A stretch of 64,000 nucleotides of DNA from Blastocatellia bacterium. GTDB taxonomy: Bacteria; Acidobacteriota; Blastocatellia; UBA7656. Positions 49,101-57,785 of the stretch are shown in pieces (positions within the stretch are counted from its first letter, which is position 1; every line of letters starts with the position of its first letter). Made by a program: the position numbers and the translations under genes. Where the stretch lies: positions 96,001 to 160,000 of the forward strand of contig CAVXWP010000004.1 in assembly GCA_963765495.1 (NCBI GenBank), given 5' to 3'. The notes under the pieces are model-generated. The model had not been told where the DNA came from. It made no database searches and was given only the letters and a program-made list of their open reading frames with translations.

Positions 49101-49829
49101 CCATAATTTCCGCAGCTTTTCATCATAAGGCCAGCCCGGAGGGACCATTTTTCTGAAATGTGTTTCAAATGCTCTATTAGCCGTGAAGGCCGTCTTATAA
49201 AAATTCGGACTTCTTGTCGGCTTCTCCTTCAATGCCAGCCCCGGCGCGCTGTTTCCTGAAACCTGAACAACCCCGCTGCTCGATCTGACTCCATCGGCGG
49301 CTCTGTCGGCGCTTTGCTCGATTGAACTTGTGGCAGGCATTGCCCGATGGTTTGCGCCTCCCCTGGATTGCTGAACAACGTGCGCCAGTTCATGCGCCAG
49401 CAGATGCCTTCCGCTGTCGGTCTCAGGAAGGTACTGCCCGGGGCCAAAAACAACGTCATTGCCTATCGTATATGCATAGGCGTTTATAGCCTCGGCAGAT
49501 CTTTCTGCTTTATGACCCGTGTGGATGCGCACTCGGCTAAAGTCCTGATCAAAGCGTGACTCCATATAACTTTGAGTCCTCGAGTCAATCGGCTGCCCGG
49601 TGCTGTTCAAACCATTCAGGGCAAGGGGTAATAGCAGACGCGAACGGGCCGTTTCGCCAGAAGCGCCAGGAGCAACGAGGTCTGCAAACGCTCGATTGCT
49701 CAGAGCCAGTTGCTCGGCTTGAATGTTCGTATGCGCAACAGACCGAGATTGTGGCGGCCCCGCCGCACGGTGTTTACTTTTCTCTCCGGCGGCTTCCGCT
49801 TTCGAGGATTTTGATGATTGCCCAGACAT
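46170..49829 (-). CDS. DUF4157 (eCIS core) domain protein with C-terminal HNH nuclease toxin
   Basis: MESRFDQDFSRVRIHTG...A.AYTIGNDVVFG...LLAHELAHVVQQ, Pro/Ala-rich linker, coiled coil, and CVYC...DVDH..PR.KGGD....NAQLTCNHCNTSK. Confidence 0.88.
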   Translation of the reverse strand: MSGQSSKSSKAEAAGEKSKHRAAGPPQSRSVAHTNIQAEQLALSNRAFADLVAPGASGETARSRLLLPLALNGLNSTGQPIDSRTQSYMESRFDQDFSRVRIHTGHKAERSAEAINAYAYTIGNDVVFGPGQYLPETDSGRHLLAHELAHVVQQSRGGANHRAMPATSSIEQSADRAADGVRSSSGVVQVSGNSAPGLALKEKPTRSPNFYKTAFTANRAFETHFRKMVPPGWPYDEKLRKLWEDTKSNQTYKETGDDKKIDIKVIDDNKAIESAKPFIDAIAEFQTDMMKATGRKVDGVLDPETSRALLKHIAAKKEEANKKKDDKKPPPEKAAQQKSSGMAIATDVQAQPQTQAERLGISEGGKGEIKGGLARLKAVTVGKAIEALGKRYDAKPWPVAEDELTLFDATQQVYYVTSNRVYLLDRSGYFSGSTLNVGTVTMKPGTYFVGGSLIGSASSSTAQRMYAAVRVDNGVEAGEGEVNITKVLTGYVPAKEQLSSAAGAKGGVAFIISQSLKQKGEPERNYENLVTAVRNAVKYLPWAFATDLDDRLKNIGREVLNQLISEGIELIGKRLPGVGQLIQGTMQIARYMELAEWVGKTGNIALYARTPDEIDLASQAIAKRIASELIDKLISKGISAGKKAFGPKAGPPVGHTSAQPGKPKSGPASKGKVDTEMHASDPAAKGKVDTDLPPSSPPARPPADTGLQSGEHTGAGTAKPAPADAGAIGGTSVTSGTHIAPAPSTNAPDHLPAANQQGAPASKGGTVHSIGDAKGRRGPQLKTQKPVTKLSDRRASSSGAQPANAVHPTADIHPDKPTAAPVNQSSAAAPVNQPPAAAPPPPTPIGRGLEYRQKRQGAADTMSGKPAAAPPQKAPLHTSDVHPDKPAPAQKTATPIERGLEYRQKRQAAEAEAALEAQRQQNQASQQAATGTHGPTVYHPAPPAGAPATQPVTASASPGKPSSAAQGVSAPPISHPAHAAQGKPSGAASKPAPPAAQGSPAKQTGGTHAQGTHPAAAPAKSPTHDEKLAALDQKIEQKKAEINSKKTKLGKAQGKVGSLSGQIRNARGDKKKALIDEYQKATADRDRLQDELNQHEGDLRNLHINVAQIKGPTIKPGTHGGPTAKQKFSDRVKDQAFAADPTKTCVYCARPGTATDVDHAYPREKGGDATIQNAQLTCNHCNTSKQDDFYPKTPPAGYTGQWPPLHWPDWLRSLAGKKP

Positions 49830-49858
49830 ATTTATCTGCTTGGAGGCTGCGCTCCTCT

Positions 49859-49913
49859 TCCCGTATTCAGGCTCCCGTATTCAGGCTCCCGTATTCAGGC
49901 TCCCGTATTCAGG
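49859..49913. repeat. 14-bp tandem repeat (TCCCGTATTCAGGC, ~4 copies)
   Basis: Direct reading; overlaps the ATPase stop codon (49895-49897) and ends about 30 nt before the toxin ATG. Confidence 0.92.
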
Positions 49914-52138
49914 GGTTCGGATTCGGAGATTGCCTTGCCCATCTTCTGGTATTCTCTCCTGGTAGCGTGGAGCAGGTGAGCCATCGTTATCGGGCTGGCC
50001 TGTTCAGCCGCAAGAAAGGCTGCCGTCAGGGCTATGTTTTTGATATTGCCGCCACTCAATTTGTACTGGCGGGCCAATAAGTCAAGGTCCGCCTCATCCG
50101 AAAGGGGTGTCTCTACAGGCCAGATGCCTGACCATATGAGCCTGCGATTTTCTACATCCGGGAACGGGAAATGAACTGTGAATGCAAGTCTCCGAACGAA
50201 AGATTCATCCATGTTCTGGCGCAGATTGGTTGCCAGAATCGCAACGCCTTCAAACTCTTCCATCTTTTGCAGCAGGTAGGAAATCTCTATGTTGGCGTAG
50301 CGGTCGTGCGAATCGCGCACCTCGCTGCGCTTGCCGAAAAGCGCGTCGGCTTCATCAAAGAAAAGAATCGCATTAGCGTCTTCGGCTACCTTGAAGATTC
50401 GATCAAGATTCTTTTCCGTCTCGCCTATGTACTTGCTGACTATCCCGGCAAGATCAATTTTGTACAGATCAAGCCCCAGTTCACCCGCGATTATTTCGGC
50501 CGCCAGAGTCTTGCCCGTCCCCGATGGCCCTGCGAAAAGCGCATTCACACCCTTTCCTGCCGATAGCCTGCGCCCGAACCCCCATTCGTCAAGAACGATC
50601 TGCTGATGAATGACGCGATTGCAAATCTCTCGCAGTTGAACGAGTGAGTCGTCGGGCAAGACGATGTCGCGCCAGCTATAGGCCGGCGCTATCTTGCGCG
50701 CAAGCTGGGCCAGTTCGTGACCTGACTGATTGCGGGCGGCGGCAAACAGATCCTTGATAGTGACCGGCAAGTCTTTCTGTATAGTCTCGTCGAAAGGTTC
50801 AGCCAGGCGCATTCTCACCTGATTACAGGCGGTCGCCACGGCGTCTGCAATCCTCATTTCATTCAGGCGAAAGCGACCGGCAAGAGCAGTCAACTCTGCT
50901 TCGGACATTGCGAGCCCTTCATTTGCGAGAGTTGTTGCCCATATCTGTTTGCGACGGGCAAAGGCGGGGCTGTCAAACGACACCGTAATCACCCCTACGG
51001 GCCCGCGCCCCGGCGGAACCCAGGGACCGGTTCCGGCCAGAATCGTGACACCGGAATCTTCGGTCAAGAAGTCCAGCAGCCTCTCGAAATGCGTTGCCCG
51101 TCTATCGGCCTCCGACCCGCTCAACCCGTCCAGGTAGAGTATTGCGTCCTGGAACCATGCTTCACGCAAAACCAGTTCGAGAAATCGCTCGAATCCACCC
51201 TCGGCATCTATAGCGCGGGCTAAATCAACAAACAGCAATCTGGCCCCGGCGGCGCTTGCCAGAACTTCAGCCGCGTGCCGCCTGCCCGCGCCCCGTTGCC
51301 CTCGGAAGTAAAGGCGCAACGGTCTGCGCGTTTGTCGGGCATTGAGAATGGACGAAAGAATTCCCCGTTCCATCTCTTCGCTCAACATCGAACGGTCCGG
51401 CGAGCGATACGGAGCAATCAATCGACAGCAGGGCGAAAGACGAGCATCCAACCCGCCATCTCCAATCAATAAACTTACTACCTGTTCATCCAGCTTGAGA
51501 TTACAGGCGAGAAGCGGCGACTCCACACGGCCCGTCTCTGGAACCAGACGCAGCAAGTTATGACAGATGAGGGGCGCATCGGAGGTGAAATTTCTGCGCG
51601 AGGAAAGCTTATCTGAGACGGATGAACAGAGCAGGTTCAGCGCAAGGTCAACGGTGGGTCTGCGTCTTGAGACATTGTCCTGTAAATAGGCATACAACCT
51701 TTCATAACGCAGATCGAGTTCCGGCGCGAGGGCAATAAGTACGACTCCAAGATCAAAGTTTGATAAATCAAATACCTCAGCAAGCCATGCCAGCCGGTGT
51801 GAATCCCGCCGGATCTCGGCAAGCCCCTCTTCAACCATCTCTCCGCCCTCGTGAAATATTGGTCGGCCCGGTTCGCAGTCCAGCAATCGGGCTACGTCAT
51901 CGTGAGAGATGTAAAGACCGCGAAAGGGGTCAGTGGCTGCCTCGGCTCCATAGGCGATGTTGGCCTTTGCCACTGCCCGATTTATCAGCCTGTCCACCCA
52001 TCTGAGCGCTTCGATCAGAGAGGGGGATTCACCTGCATTTGCGCCAGTACCCTGCTCGTCGGTTTCTACCGATGCAGTCGCATCTACCGTATTGCTTGCA
52101 GGAATTTGTTGGTTGGCATCGAGCTTTGATGAGGCCAT
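49895..52138 (-). CDS. AAA+ ATPase (Afp15/Pvc15-like)
   Basis: APELDLRYERLYAYLQD, GPSGTGKT, VSKYIGETEKNL, FFDEADALFGKRSEV.D.HDRYAN and SGGNIKN motifs. Confidence 0.92.
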   Translation of the reverse strand: MASSKLDANQQIPASNTVDATASVETDEQGTGANAGESPSLIEALRWVDRLINRAVAKANIAYGAEAATDPFRGLYISHDDVARLLDCEPGRPIFHEGGEMVEEGLAEIRRDSHRLAWLAEVFDLSNFDLGVVLIALAPELDLRYERLYAYLQDNVSRRRPTVDLALNLLCSSVSDKLSSRRNFTSDAPLICHNLLRLVPETGRVESPLLACNLKLDEQVVSLLIGDGGLDARLSPCCRLIAPYRSPDRSMLSEEMERGILSSILNARQTRRPLRLYFRGQRGAGRRHAAEVLASAAGARLLFVDLARAIDAEGGFERFLELVLREAWFQDAILYLDGLSGSEADRRATHFERLLDFLTEDSGVTILAGTGPWVPPGRGPVGVITVSFDSPAFARRKQIWATTLANEGLAMSEAELTALAGRFRLNEMRIADAVATACNQVRMRLAEPFDETIQKDLPVTIKDLFAAARNQSGHELAQLARKIAPAYSWRDIVLPDDSLVQLREICNRVIHQQIVLDEWGFGRRLSAGKGVNALFAGPSGTGKTLAAEIIAGELGLDLYKIDLAGIVSKYIGETEKNLDRIFKVAEDANAILFFDEADALFGKRSEVRDSHDRYANIEISYLLQKMEEFEGVAILATNLRQNMDESFVRRLAFTVHFPFPDVENRRLIWSGIWPVETPLSDEADLDLLARQYKLSGGNIKNIALTAAFLAAEQASPITMAHLLHATRREYQKMGKAISESEPLNTGA

Positions 52139-52332
52139 AGGCTGTCAGTCCACGCGGTGAATTTTGAATCAGCCACACTTATGCCGGACCTTTTCAGATA
52201 GAGCCGTTGGAATCAAAAGGCCCTGTTTTGCGGGCGAATTTTCATGCCATACAACCAAATCTGCAAAGGGAATGTCTTACACCTTACAACACCGTCCAAC
52301 TCTTTTTGAGGAGCCAGGAGTTGAACGCAAAG

Positions 52333-52389
52333 GGTATATCACTCGGGTGTCTCACGAAGCGTCTCAGAAGTGTCTGTCTAACCGTCAGG
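52333..52389 (-). promoter_or_regulatory. Candidate SARP/BTAD operator and -10 element for the CIS operon
   Basis: Minus strand reads CTGACG..CAGACA..TGAGACG..TGAGACA at 11-12-bp period, then 9 nt ending in TGA, then TATACC (52338-52333), i.e. TGn-TATACC. Confidence 0.45.
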
Positions 52390-52453
52390 CAGAAAATTTA
52401 TGAACCGAAATCTGAACGGAACATGAGAGCCAGAAAGCAAAGATCCTGCTTTA

Positions 52454-53398
52454 TCAGGAGACTCCTTTGTCGATCTGTTCATTTAAAGAATTATTTGGAG
52501 GAGGGAAGGTGGATTGTGTCTGCTGTTGAATTTCAACCAGTAAATCCTGAAGCTGGCTGACGAGGTTAAGAGCCTTTGCAAATACGTTGGAAGTAACCGT
52601 GGTCCCGACAGAAGCCTGATCCATCGGCAATACAGGCGGATCGAAATGGTCTACACATATCTGGTCGTAAGCCTGGATCGTTCGCCTTTCAGGTTTGACG
52701 CCCAGGTCTTCCTCGAGCGCCTCCACACAACGCTGATACTGACGCAGGGCCAGGGTGCGATCACCTGCCAGATAATACAGTCGCATCATTTGCCTGTGCG
52801 TGCGCTCGCGCGCCCGGTCATATTGAAGTATGCGTAATCCATAAGCCAGCCCTATTTCATATTGGTGATGCTGTTCGCAATAATCCATCAACTTATCGAG
52901 CATGGAAAGATGCATGTTTTGGAAGCGGTCGCGCTCATACAGACACCATTCCCTGTAGGAACCTGCTAGCAGTTCATTTGTGTAGAGTTGAACCGCGAGA
53001 TGAATCGTCTGAATCTCTTGAGCGCCCAGTTCTTTCACCACGGGTTGTTGAATAAGCGAGAAGGCTTTCTCAAACACGTCAACATCAAGCCAGAGGTCTG
53101 ATCTGGGGTTGAGTTGCAACCATTCGGGGCTTACAAGCACGATTCGATTACTCTCGGATTTGGGTTCCAGCACGGCCTGAAGCTGCCAGAGCGCCTGACG
53201 CAGATACTTTTTCGCCTGAGATGTAGAACAGTCTTCCCACAACAGGGCGGCCAACGCTTCACGCGAGTGCGAGACATTTCTGTGCAGCAACAGGAAGCTG
53301 AATAATTCCTGCACCTTGCAGGAATCGAGACCCTCCAGGGCTATGTCATTGCGTAGTACGCGGAGCCTGCCAAACATATATATATTCAGTTTAGCCAA
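52454..53398 (-). CDS. SARP-family (winged helix + BTAD) transcriptional activator
   Basis: L.IYMFG.L, SREALAALLW, YLRQALWQLQ, LDVDVFE, RERTHRQMMRLYYLAGDR..ALRQYQRC...L.EDLGVKP; TTG start with GGAGGT RBS. Confidence 0.88.
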   Translation of the reverse strand: MAKLNIYMFGRLRVLRNDIALEGLDSCKVQELFSFLLLHRNVSHSREALAALLWEDCSTSQAKKYLRQALWQLQAVLEPKSESNRIVLVSPEWLQLNPRSDLWLDVDVFEKAFSLIQQPVVKELGAQEIQTIHLAVQLYTNELLAGSYREWCLYERDRFQNMHLSMLDKLMDYCEQHHQYEIGLAYGLRILQYDRARERTHRQMMRLYYLAGDRTLALRQYQRCVEALEEDLGVKPERRTIQAYDQICVDHFDPPVLPMDQASVGTTVTSNVFAKALNLVSQLQDLLVEIQQQTQSTFPPPNNSLNEQIDKGVS

Positions 53399-53787
53399 GT
53401 CGGTTTACCTCCAGTTTCAAATAGCGGCAACCTTCCCCTAATATGTCCAACCACTTATTCTTCGGGCCATTAATCTGGTATGTACCTGAGTTCGAAAATA
53501 GAGACGGAAACTCGACGGGTCAATATAGGTAGTTATTTTGCGTGCTGCCCATCAACCCAAAGTAGTCCCTATAACCATCGCCATTCTACAGGTTTTTTAT
53601 CACTTTGGGTAATAGAAATGACAGATTTAGACGCGGTTCAGCAATCATTTTTTTGAGCACCCAAAAACAGCAAAGAATACCAGGAACTACCTGAGAATAT
53701 AGATGGTCCCGCTCCGGCAATCTCTGATGGCATAATTTGGAGGAATAGTTGTTGTGTATGGCAGGCTGGCTGGGGTAAAAAGATCGT

Positions 53788-54537
53788 ATGCCGCACGTAT
53801 ATGGAGTTCTGCCCGTACTGGAAGCGATTCGCGCAGGAGGGCGCAGGATAGAACGTATAGTCATAGCCGAAGGCACGGGTCACGCTCGACTGCGCGAAGT
53901 CATCGAGTCTGCGCGCCGGGCCGGAATCCCTCTCAGGCGCGAGCCGCGAATCGCGCTCGACCGGTTGAGCGGAAATGCCAACCACCAGGGGGTGATCGCA
54001 ATTGCCGCCGCCGCAAGTTACGCTGACGCAGACGACTTGATTTCGACTATCACGCCCGACAACCTGTTTCTGCTCCTCGATGGAGTCGAAGACCCTCACA
54101 ACCTCGGGGCCATAATCCGCACCGCCGAATGCGCCGGCGTCACTGCCCTCATCATCCCTGAGCGAAGGGCCGCGCATATCACAGACGTTGTAGCAAAGAC
54201 ATCGGCAGGCGCGGTCGAATACTTGCCTGTGGCCCGCGTGACCAACCTCAACAGCTACATCGAAGAACTCAAAAAGAGAAACGTGTGGGTCGTGGGCGTA
54301 GAAGGCTCGGGTGAGATAAGCTACACCGCATACGATTACAAAGGCGCGACGGCGCTCGTATTTGGCGGCGAAGGCAAAGGGCTTCACCGCCTTGTGCGCG
54401 AGCGGTGCGACGTGGTCGTAGCAATCCCCCTCGGCGGGCGCATCACATCGCTAAACGTTTCGGTCGCCGTGGGTGTAGTCTTATTCGAAGCCGTCAGGCA
54501 AAGGAATCAGCCGCGTATCAATCGCACCGAAAAATAG
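53788..54537 (+). CDS. rlmB: 23S rRNA (guanosine-2'-O)-methyltransferase
   Basis: NHQGVIA, LDGVEDPHNLGAIIRTA, GGEGKGL and SLNVSVA (SPOUT) motifs. Confidence 0.93.
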   Translation: MPHVYGVLPVLEAIRAGGRRIERIVIAEGTGHARLREVIESARRAGIPLRREPRIALDRLSGNANHQGVIAIAAAASYADADDLISTITPDNLFLLLDGVEDPHNLGAIIRTAECAGVTALIIPERRAAHITDVVAKTSAGAVEYLPVARVTNLNSYIEELKKRNVWVVGVEGSGEISYTAYDYKGATALVFGGEGKGLHRLVRERCDVVVAIPLGGRITSLNVSVAVGVVLFEAVRQRNQPRINRTEK

Positions 54538-55004
54538 AGAACCGCAATTGAAGCGAGCGTAGCCAGTGCAGCAGCTATAGAACCCGCGCGGTTTCCGGGC
54601 GCGGTCTCGGGCGAACCGGCGTGCTCTTTGGCCGCGCGTATGCTCGAATAGTCGTGATAGAGCATCAGCAGGATGGCCACGGCTATGAAGGCCAGTTTCC
54701 ACGGCAGCCACGTGGCAAGAAACGGGTCTACCTTCGTAGGATCGAACGCCTCGCCGTTGAATAGCTGGCCGATCTTCACGCGCGCGGGTCTGAGCGACAG
54801 GTTCCCGATGCCTGTGATAATCAATAAGAGCATGGAACCCCAGGCCAGGTTGCGAAATTTCCGCGCAAGCCCGCGCAATATGCGCTGCTTCTCCTCTGGG
54901 TCCTGGCGGACAGCAAAAGGTATGACAACCGCTGCGGTGTAAATCAACCCACCCACCCAGATGGCTGCCAGCAATAGGTGTATAAAAACGTTGAACTGGT
55001 ACAT
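54507..55004 (-). CDS. Membrane protein (CopD/DUF4149-like)
   Basis: FIHLLLAAIWVGG, LLIITG and WKL..HD motifs; four hydrophobic helices. Confidence 0.6.
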   Translation of the reverse strand: MYQFNVFIHLLLAAIWVGGLIYTAAVVIPFAVRQDPEEKQRILRGLARKFRNLAWGSMLLLIITGIGNLSLRPARVKIGQLFNGEAFDPTKVDPFLATWLPWKLAFIAVAILLMLYHDYSSIRAAKEHAGSPETAPGNRAGSIAAALATLASIAVLYFSVRLIRG

Positions 55005-55040
55005 GGTTTATCTTTCGATCAAGTCTCCAGGGAAATATTG

Positions 55041-56276
55041 TCAACCGGTCAGGTCTTCGGTTCCCTGCCCTTGCAGTTTAACCGACTCCTCGCTCGTCTT
55101 CGGTGAATGCAGAGTGAGGGCCAGACCGAACGCGACCGCCATAATAACGCCGCCCGTCCAATAAGGCGAGCGCCCGTAGGTGGCGAGTCTTTCAACATCC
55201 TGATTCAACAACCATCCGCCAAGCACGGGGCCTATGATTCGAGCGAGACTCGCAACCGACGACATCACTCCCAGCACCCTTCCCTGCAAGCCGCCGTGAA
55301 CCGTCTTTGAGGCCAGCCCGTTGAGCGTCGGGGTCACAAGGCTGTTACCGATGGCTATTCCCGTGCTTGCCAGGATCAGCATCGTCAGTGAACTGCTTGC
55401 GGGCAGTACAAACAGACTCCCTGCCAGTATAAGAGTTCCGGCGACGGCAAGCGTCTTATCGCCAAAAACTTTAACAAGGCGGCCAAGCAATCCGCCCTGT
55501 ATGATCGCGCCAAGCACGCCGACATAGGCAAACATATAGCCTGTGTGGGTGGCATCAAAATTGAAGCGGTGACTGGCAAACAGCGCGTAGGTCGCAGTCA
55601 GCATCGCAAAGGCTATGGTTGCAAAAAAGTATGTAGCCATCACCGGAACAAGGCTGCGATTTTCCGCGTCTTTGATGACTTCAATAATAGATGCGCGCCC
55701 TTGCGCCTGGCTGCGGTGTTCGGCAGAGAGACTTTCCGGCAGCATGAAATAGAGCGCCGTTGCGTTTGTTGCGGCAAGAGCAGCCGCAAAGAAAAACGGC
55801 GCAGCAGGCGAGATATGGCTCATGATTCCACCGATGGCCGGGCCGAAAATAAACCCGAGGCCAAAGGCCGCGCCTATCAATCCCATACCCTTCGACCGCT
55901 GCTCGGGCGGCGTCACATCGGCGATGTATGCCTGAGCGGTAGATATATTCCCACCCGTGACCCCGTCTATGATGCGGGCTACGAACAGAAGCCATAACGT
56001 ATTTGCAAATCCCATGGTGAGAAAGCCTATCGAGGTGCCGATGAGACTGCCGAGCAACACGGGGCGACGGCCTACGCGGTCTGAAAGCTTTCCGAGAATG
56101 GGCGCGAATATAAACTGCATAGCCGAATAGACGGCCAGCAGTATGCCTACGACGGCTTCCGAAGCGCCGAAACGTTCGGCGTAAAGCGGCAGCACGGGAA
56201 TCACTATTCCGAAACCGACGAGGTCGATGAAGATTGTTATGAAGATTATTACAAGAGGTGATCGGCGACTAGCCAT
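55041..56276 (-). CDS. MFS transporter, TetA/DHA1-like
   Basis: GKLSDRVGRRPVLL, ARIIDGVTGGN, AYIAD and GFIFGPAIGG motifs; about 12 transmembrane helices. Confidence 0.9.
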   Translation of the reverse strand: MASRRSPLVIIFITIFIDLVGFGIVIPVLPLYAERFGASEAVVGILLAVYSAMQFIFAPILGKLSDRVGRRPVLLGSLIGTSIGFLTMGFANTLWLLFVARIIDGVTGGNISTAQAYIADVTPPEQRSKGMGLIGAAFGLGFIFGPAIGGIMSHISPAAPFFFAAALAATNATALYFMLPESLSAEHRSQAQGRASIIEVIKDAENRSLVPVMATYFFATIAFAMLTATYALFASHRFNFDATHTGYMFAYVGVLGAIIQGGLLGRLVKVFGDKTLAVAGTLILAGSLFVLPASSSLTMLILASTGIAIGNSLVTPTLNGLASKTVHGGLQGRVLGVMSSVASLARIIGPVLGGWLLNQDVERLATYGRSPYWTGGVIMAVAFGLALTLHSPKTSEESVKLQGQGTEDLTG

Positions 56277-56407
56277 CTGCCGTTCTTATTTCCTTTCCAA
56301 ATCCAGTCAAATTTATAATAAGTGGCAATATGGAGTTTACCAGTTTAGCTCATACTGGCAAATTGCCATTGCAGACAAACGCATCTCGTAAAAAAGTTTT
56401 GCGTACA

Positions 56408-56446
56408 TTGCGGCTTTGCGACGAGCTATTTCACGCAAAGCTGCAA
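56408..56446 (-). terminator. Hairpin (terminator or REP-like) downstream of the reductase gene
   Basis: TTGCGGCTTTGCG / CGCAAAGCTGCAA arms, with a T-rich tract shortly downstream on the minus strand. Confidence 0.45.
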
Positions 56447-56481
56447 AACAGGCTAAAAATGTCCTGAGAGACAAAATCTTA

Positions 56482-57714
56482 TCAGAATAACTGGATTGCG
56501 CGTATCAACAGGTCCCGCTTTAGCGTGACATAACTCTGCTCTCCCACCATTGCCCGCATAAGCACTGTTCGTACTCCTTTGTGGTACTTTGCGAACTGAA
56601 CCATGGCATCGCCAAAAATCTGACCACAAAAAGCGCCGTTATAGAAGCGATTTAACATTTGAGATGCCCGTCTGAGTTCCTGTCCGAAGGCTTCACGCCA
56701 CGCCCGCTCGTAATTTGATGTTGCCCGATTATATTTATCTGCAAAAGTGATTCCGCTTTCATTCCCAACCATTAATGCCTCGGCGAGCAAATCGGCGGAC
56801 TTGAATGCATAATAAAGCCCCTCGCCAGTAATAGGATCAACAAAACCTGCGGCATCGCCTATTAACGCCCATCCGTCTCCGCTCGCCTTCAGATTGCTCC
56901 ATGTGGTCTTATCAAGCACCGGAATCTTTGCTCCAAAAAAGCTGGCCTGTTCAAAATCAATGTCAGGCTGACCAAAGTATTCAACTATAAATTTTTTAAG
57001 CAGGTCTCGAAGTTCTAAAGACGGGCGCTCTCCCAGTTTTGAGGCTACACCAAAATTCATTGCTCCGGGGCGGGGGAAGGCCCACAGATACCCGGTAAAA
57101 TTTTTCAACAGACGTATAACCGCTTCGTTTTTTGATGTCCCGTTATTGTTTGCGCCGCCAGGCTGGGCCGGCTCTTCCTCGGGGAGGGTAATATTATATC
57201 CGAGTGCCAGCGCGAGGTCTCGCGAGGGAAAGATGCCGACAAGGCGGCGGCGGGTGAAGCTTGCAGCGCCATCAGCCCCTATCAGGAACCGGGCCCGCCA
57301 TATCTGACCATCGCCGGTCTTGATTTCCCAAAGGCCGCCCTGACGGGAAAAATCTACTACCGACAGGCGTACAAATTCCGCCCCGGCTTCCATGGCGCGG
57401 TCAAGCACAAGGCCGTTCAATACTCGGCGTGAATAGATGGCAAAGGGCTCTTTGAGTCTGAGGCTCACTCGTCGCTGACTCGGAGATATAACCGTTATGC
57501 TCTTCACAAGATTGTAAGGATAACCCGAGTTTTCAAGCAGGAAGGCAAATTCCCGAATAGCGCGCGTAGGGACTCCGCCTCCGCAGGGTTTTTCCCATGC
57601 GCCTTTCGGATCAAACAGTGTCACATCGCGGCCAGAAGCGGCCAGTCGCGAGGCCAGATGCGCCCCGGCAGGCCCCGCGCCGATTATCGCTATTTCCGTC
57701 GACCGTTCCGCCAT
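56482..57714 (-). CDS. Geranylgeranyl reductase-family FAD-dependent oxidoreductase
   Basis: IIGAGPAG, KPCGGG, IGADGA, GYLWAFP and GDAAGFVDPITGEG motifs. Confidence 0.85.
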   Translation of the reverse strand: MAERSTEIAIIGAGPAGAHLASRLAASGRDVTLFDPKGAWEKPCGGGVPTRAIREFAFLLENSGYPYNLVKSITVISPSQRRVSLRLKEPFAIYSRRVLNGLVLDRAMEAGAEFVRLSVVDFSRQGGLWEIKTGDGQIWRARFLIGADGAASFTRRRLVGIFPSRDLALALGYNITLPEEEPAQPGGANNNGTSKNEAVIRLLKNFTGYLWAFPRPGAMNFGVASKLGERPSLELRDLLKKFIVEYFGQPDIDFEQASFFGAKIPVLDKTTWSNLKASGDGWALIGDAAGFVDPITGEGLYYAFKSADLLAEALMVGNESGITFADKYNRATSNYERAWREAFGQELRRASQMLNRFYNGAFCGQIFGDAMVQFAKYHKGVRTVLMRAMVGEQSYVTLKRDLLIRAIQLF

Positions 57715-57785
57715 AGAGGGAAAAGTCTAACGGTGCGCGCACCGGCAGGCAAGCCCCCCGTATTATCATCTGGATTCTCTCCAGT

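Larger units (their letters stand above)
24994..53398 (-). other. Contractile injection system (eCIS, PVC/Afp-like) gene cluster
   Basis: Co-oriented regulator, AAA ATPase, DUF4157 toxin, DUF4255 cap, sheath, tube, chaperone, LysM tube initiator, hub, spike, PAAR, gp25, two baseplate J genes, a tail protein and fibre-like genes. No capsid, terminase, portal, integrase or TssJLM genes are present. Confidence 0.92.

Noticed and set aside
49859-49913. CRISPR array
   Set aside because: Units are 14 bp and contiguous, with no spacers and no cas genes.
53638-54387. 249-aa minus-strand ORF
   Set aside because: Antisense shadow of rlmB.
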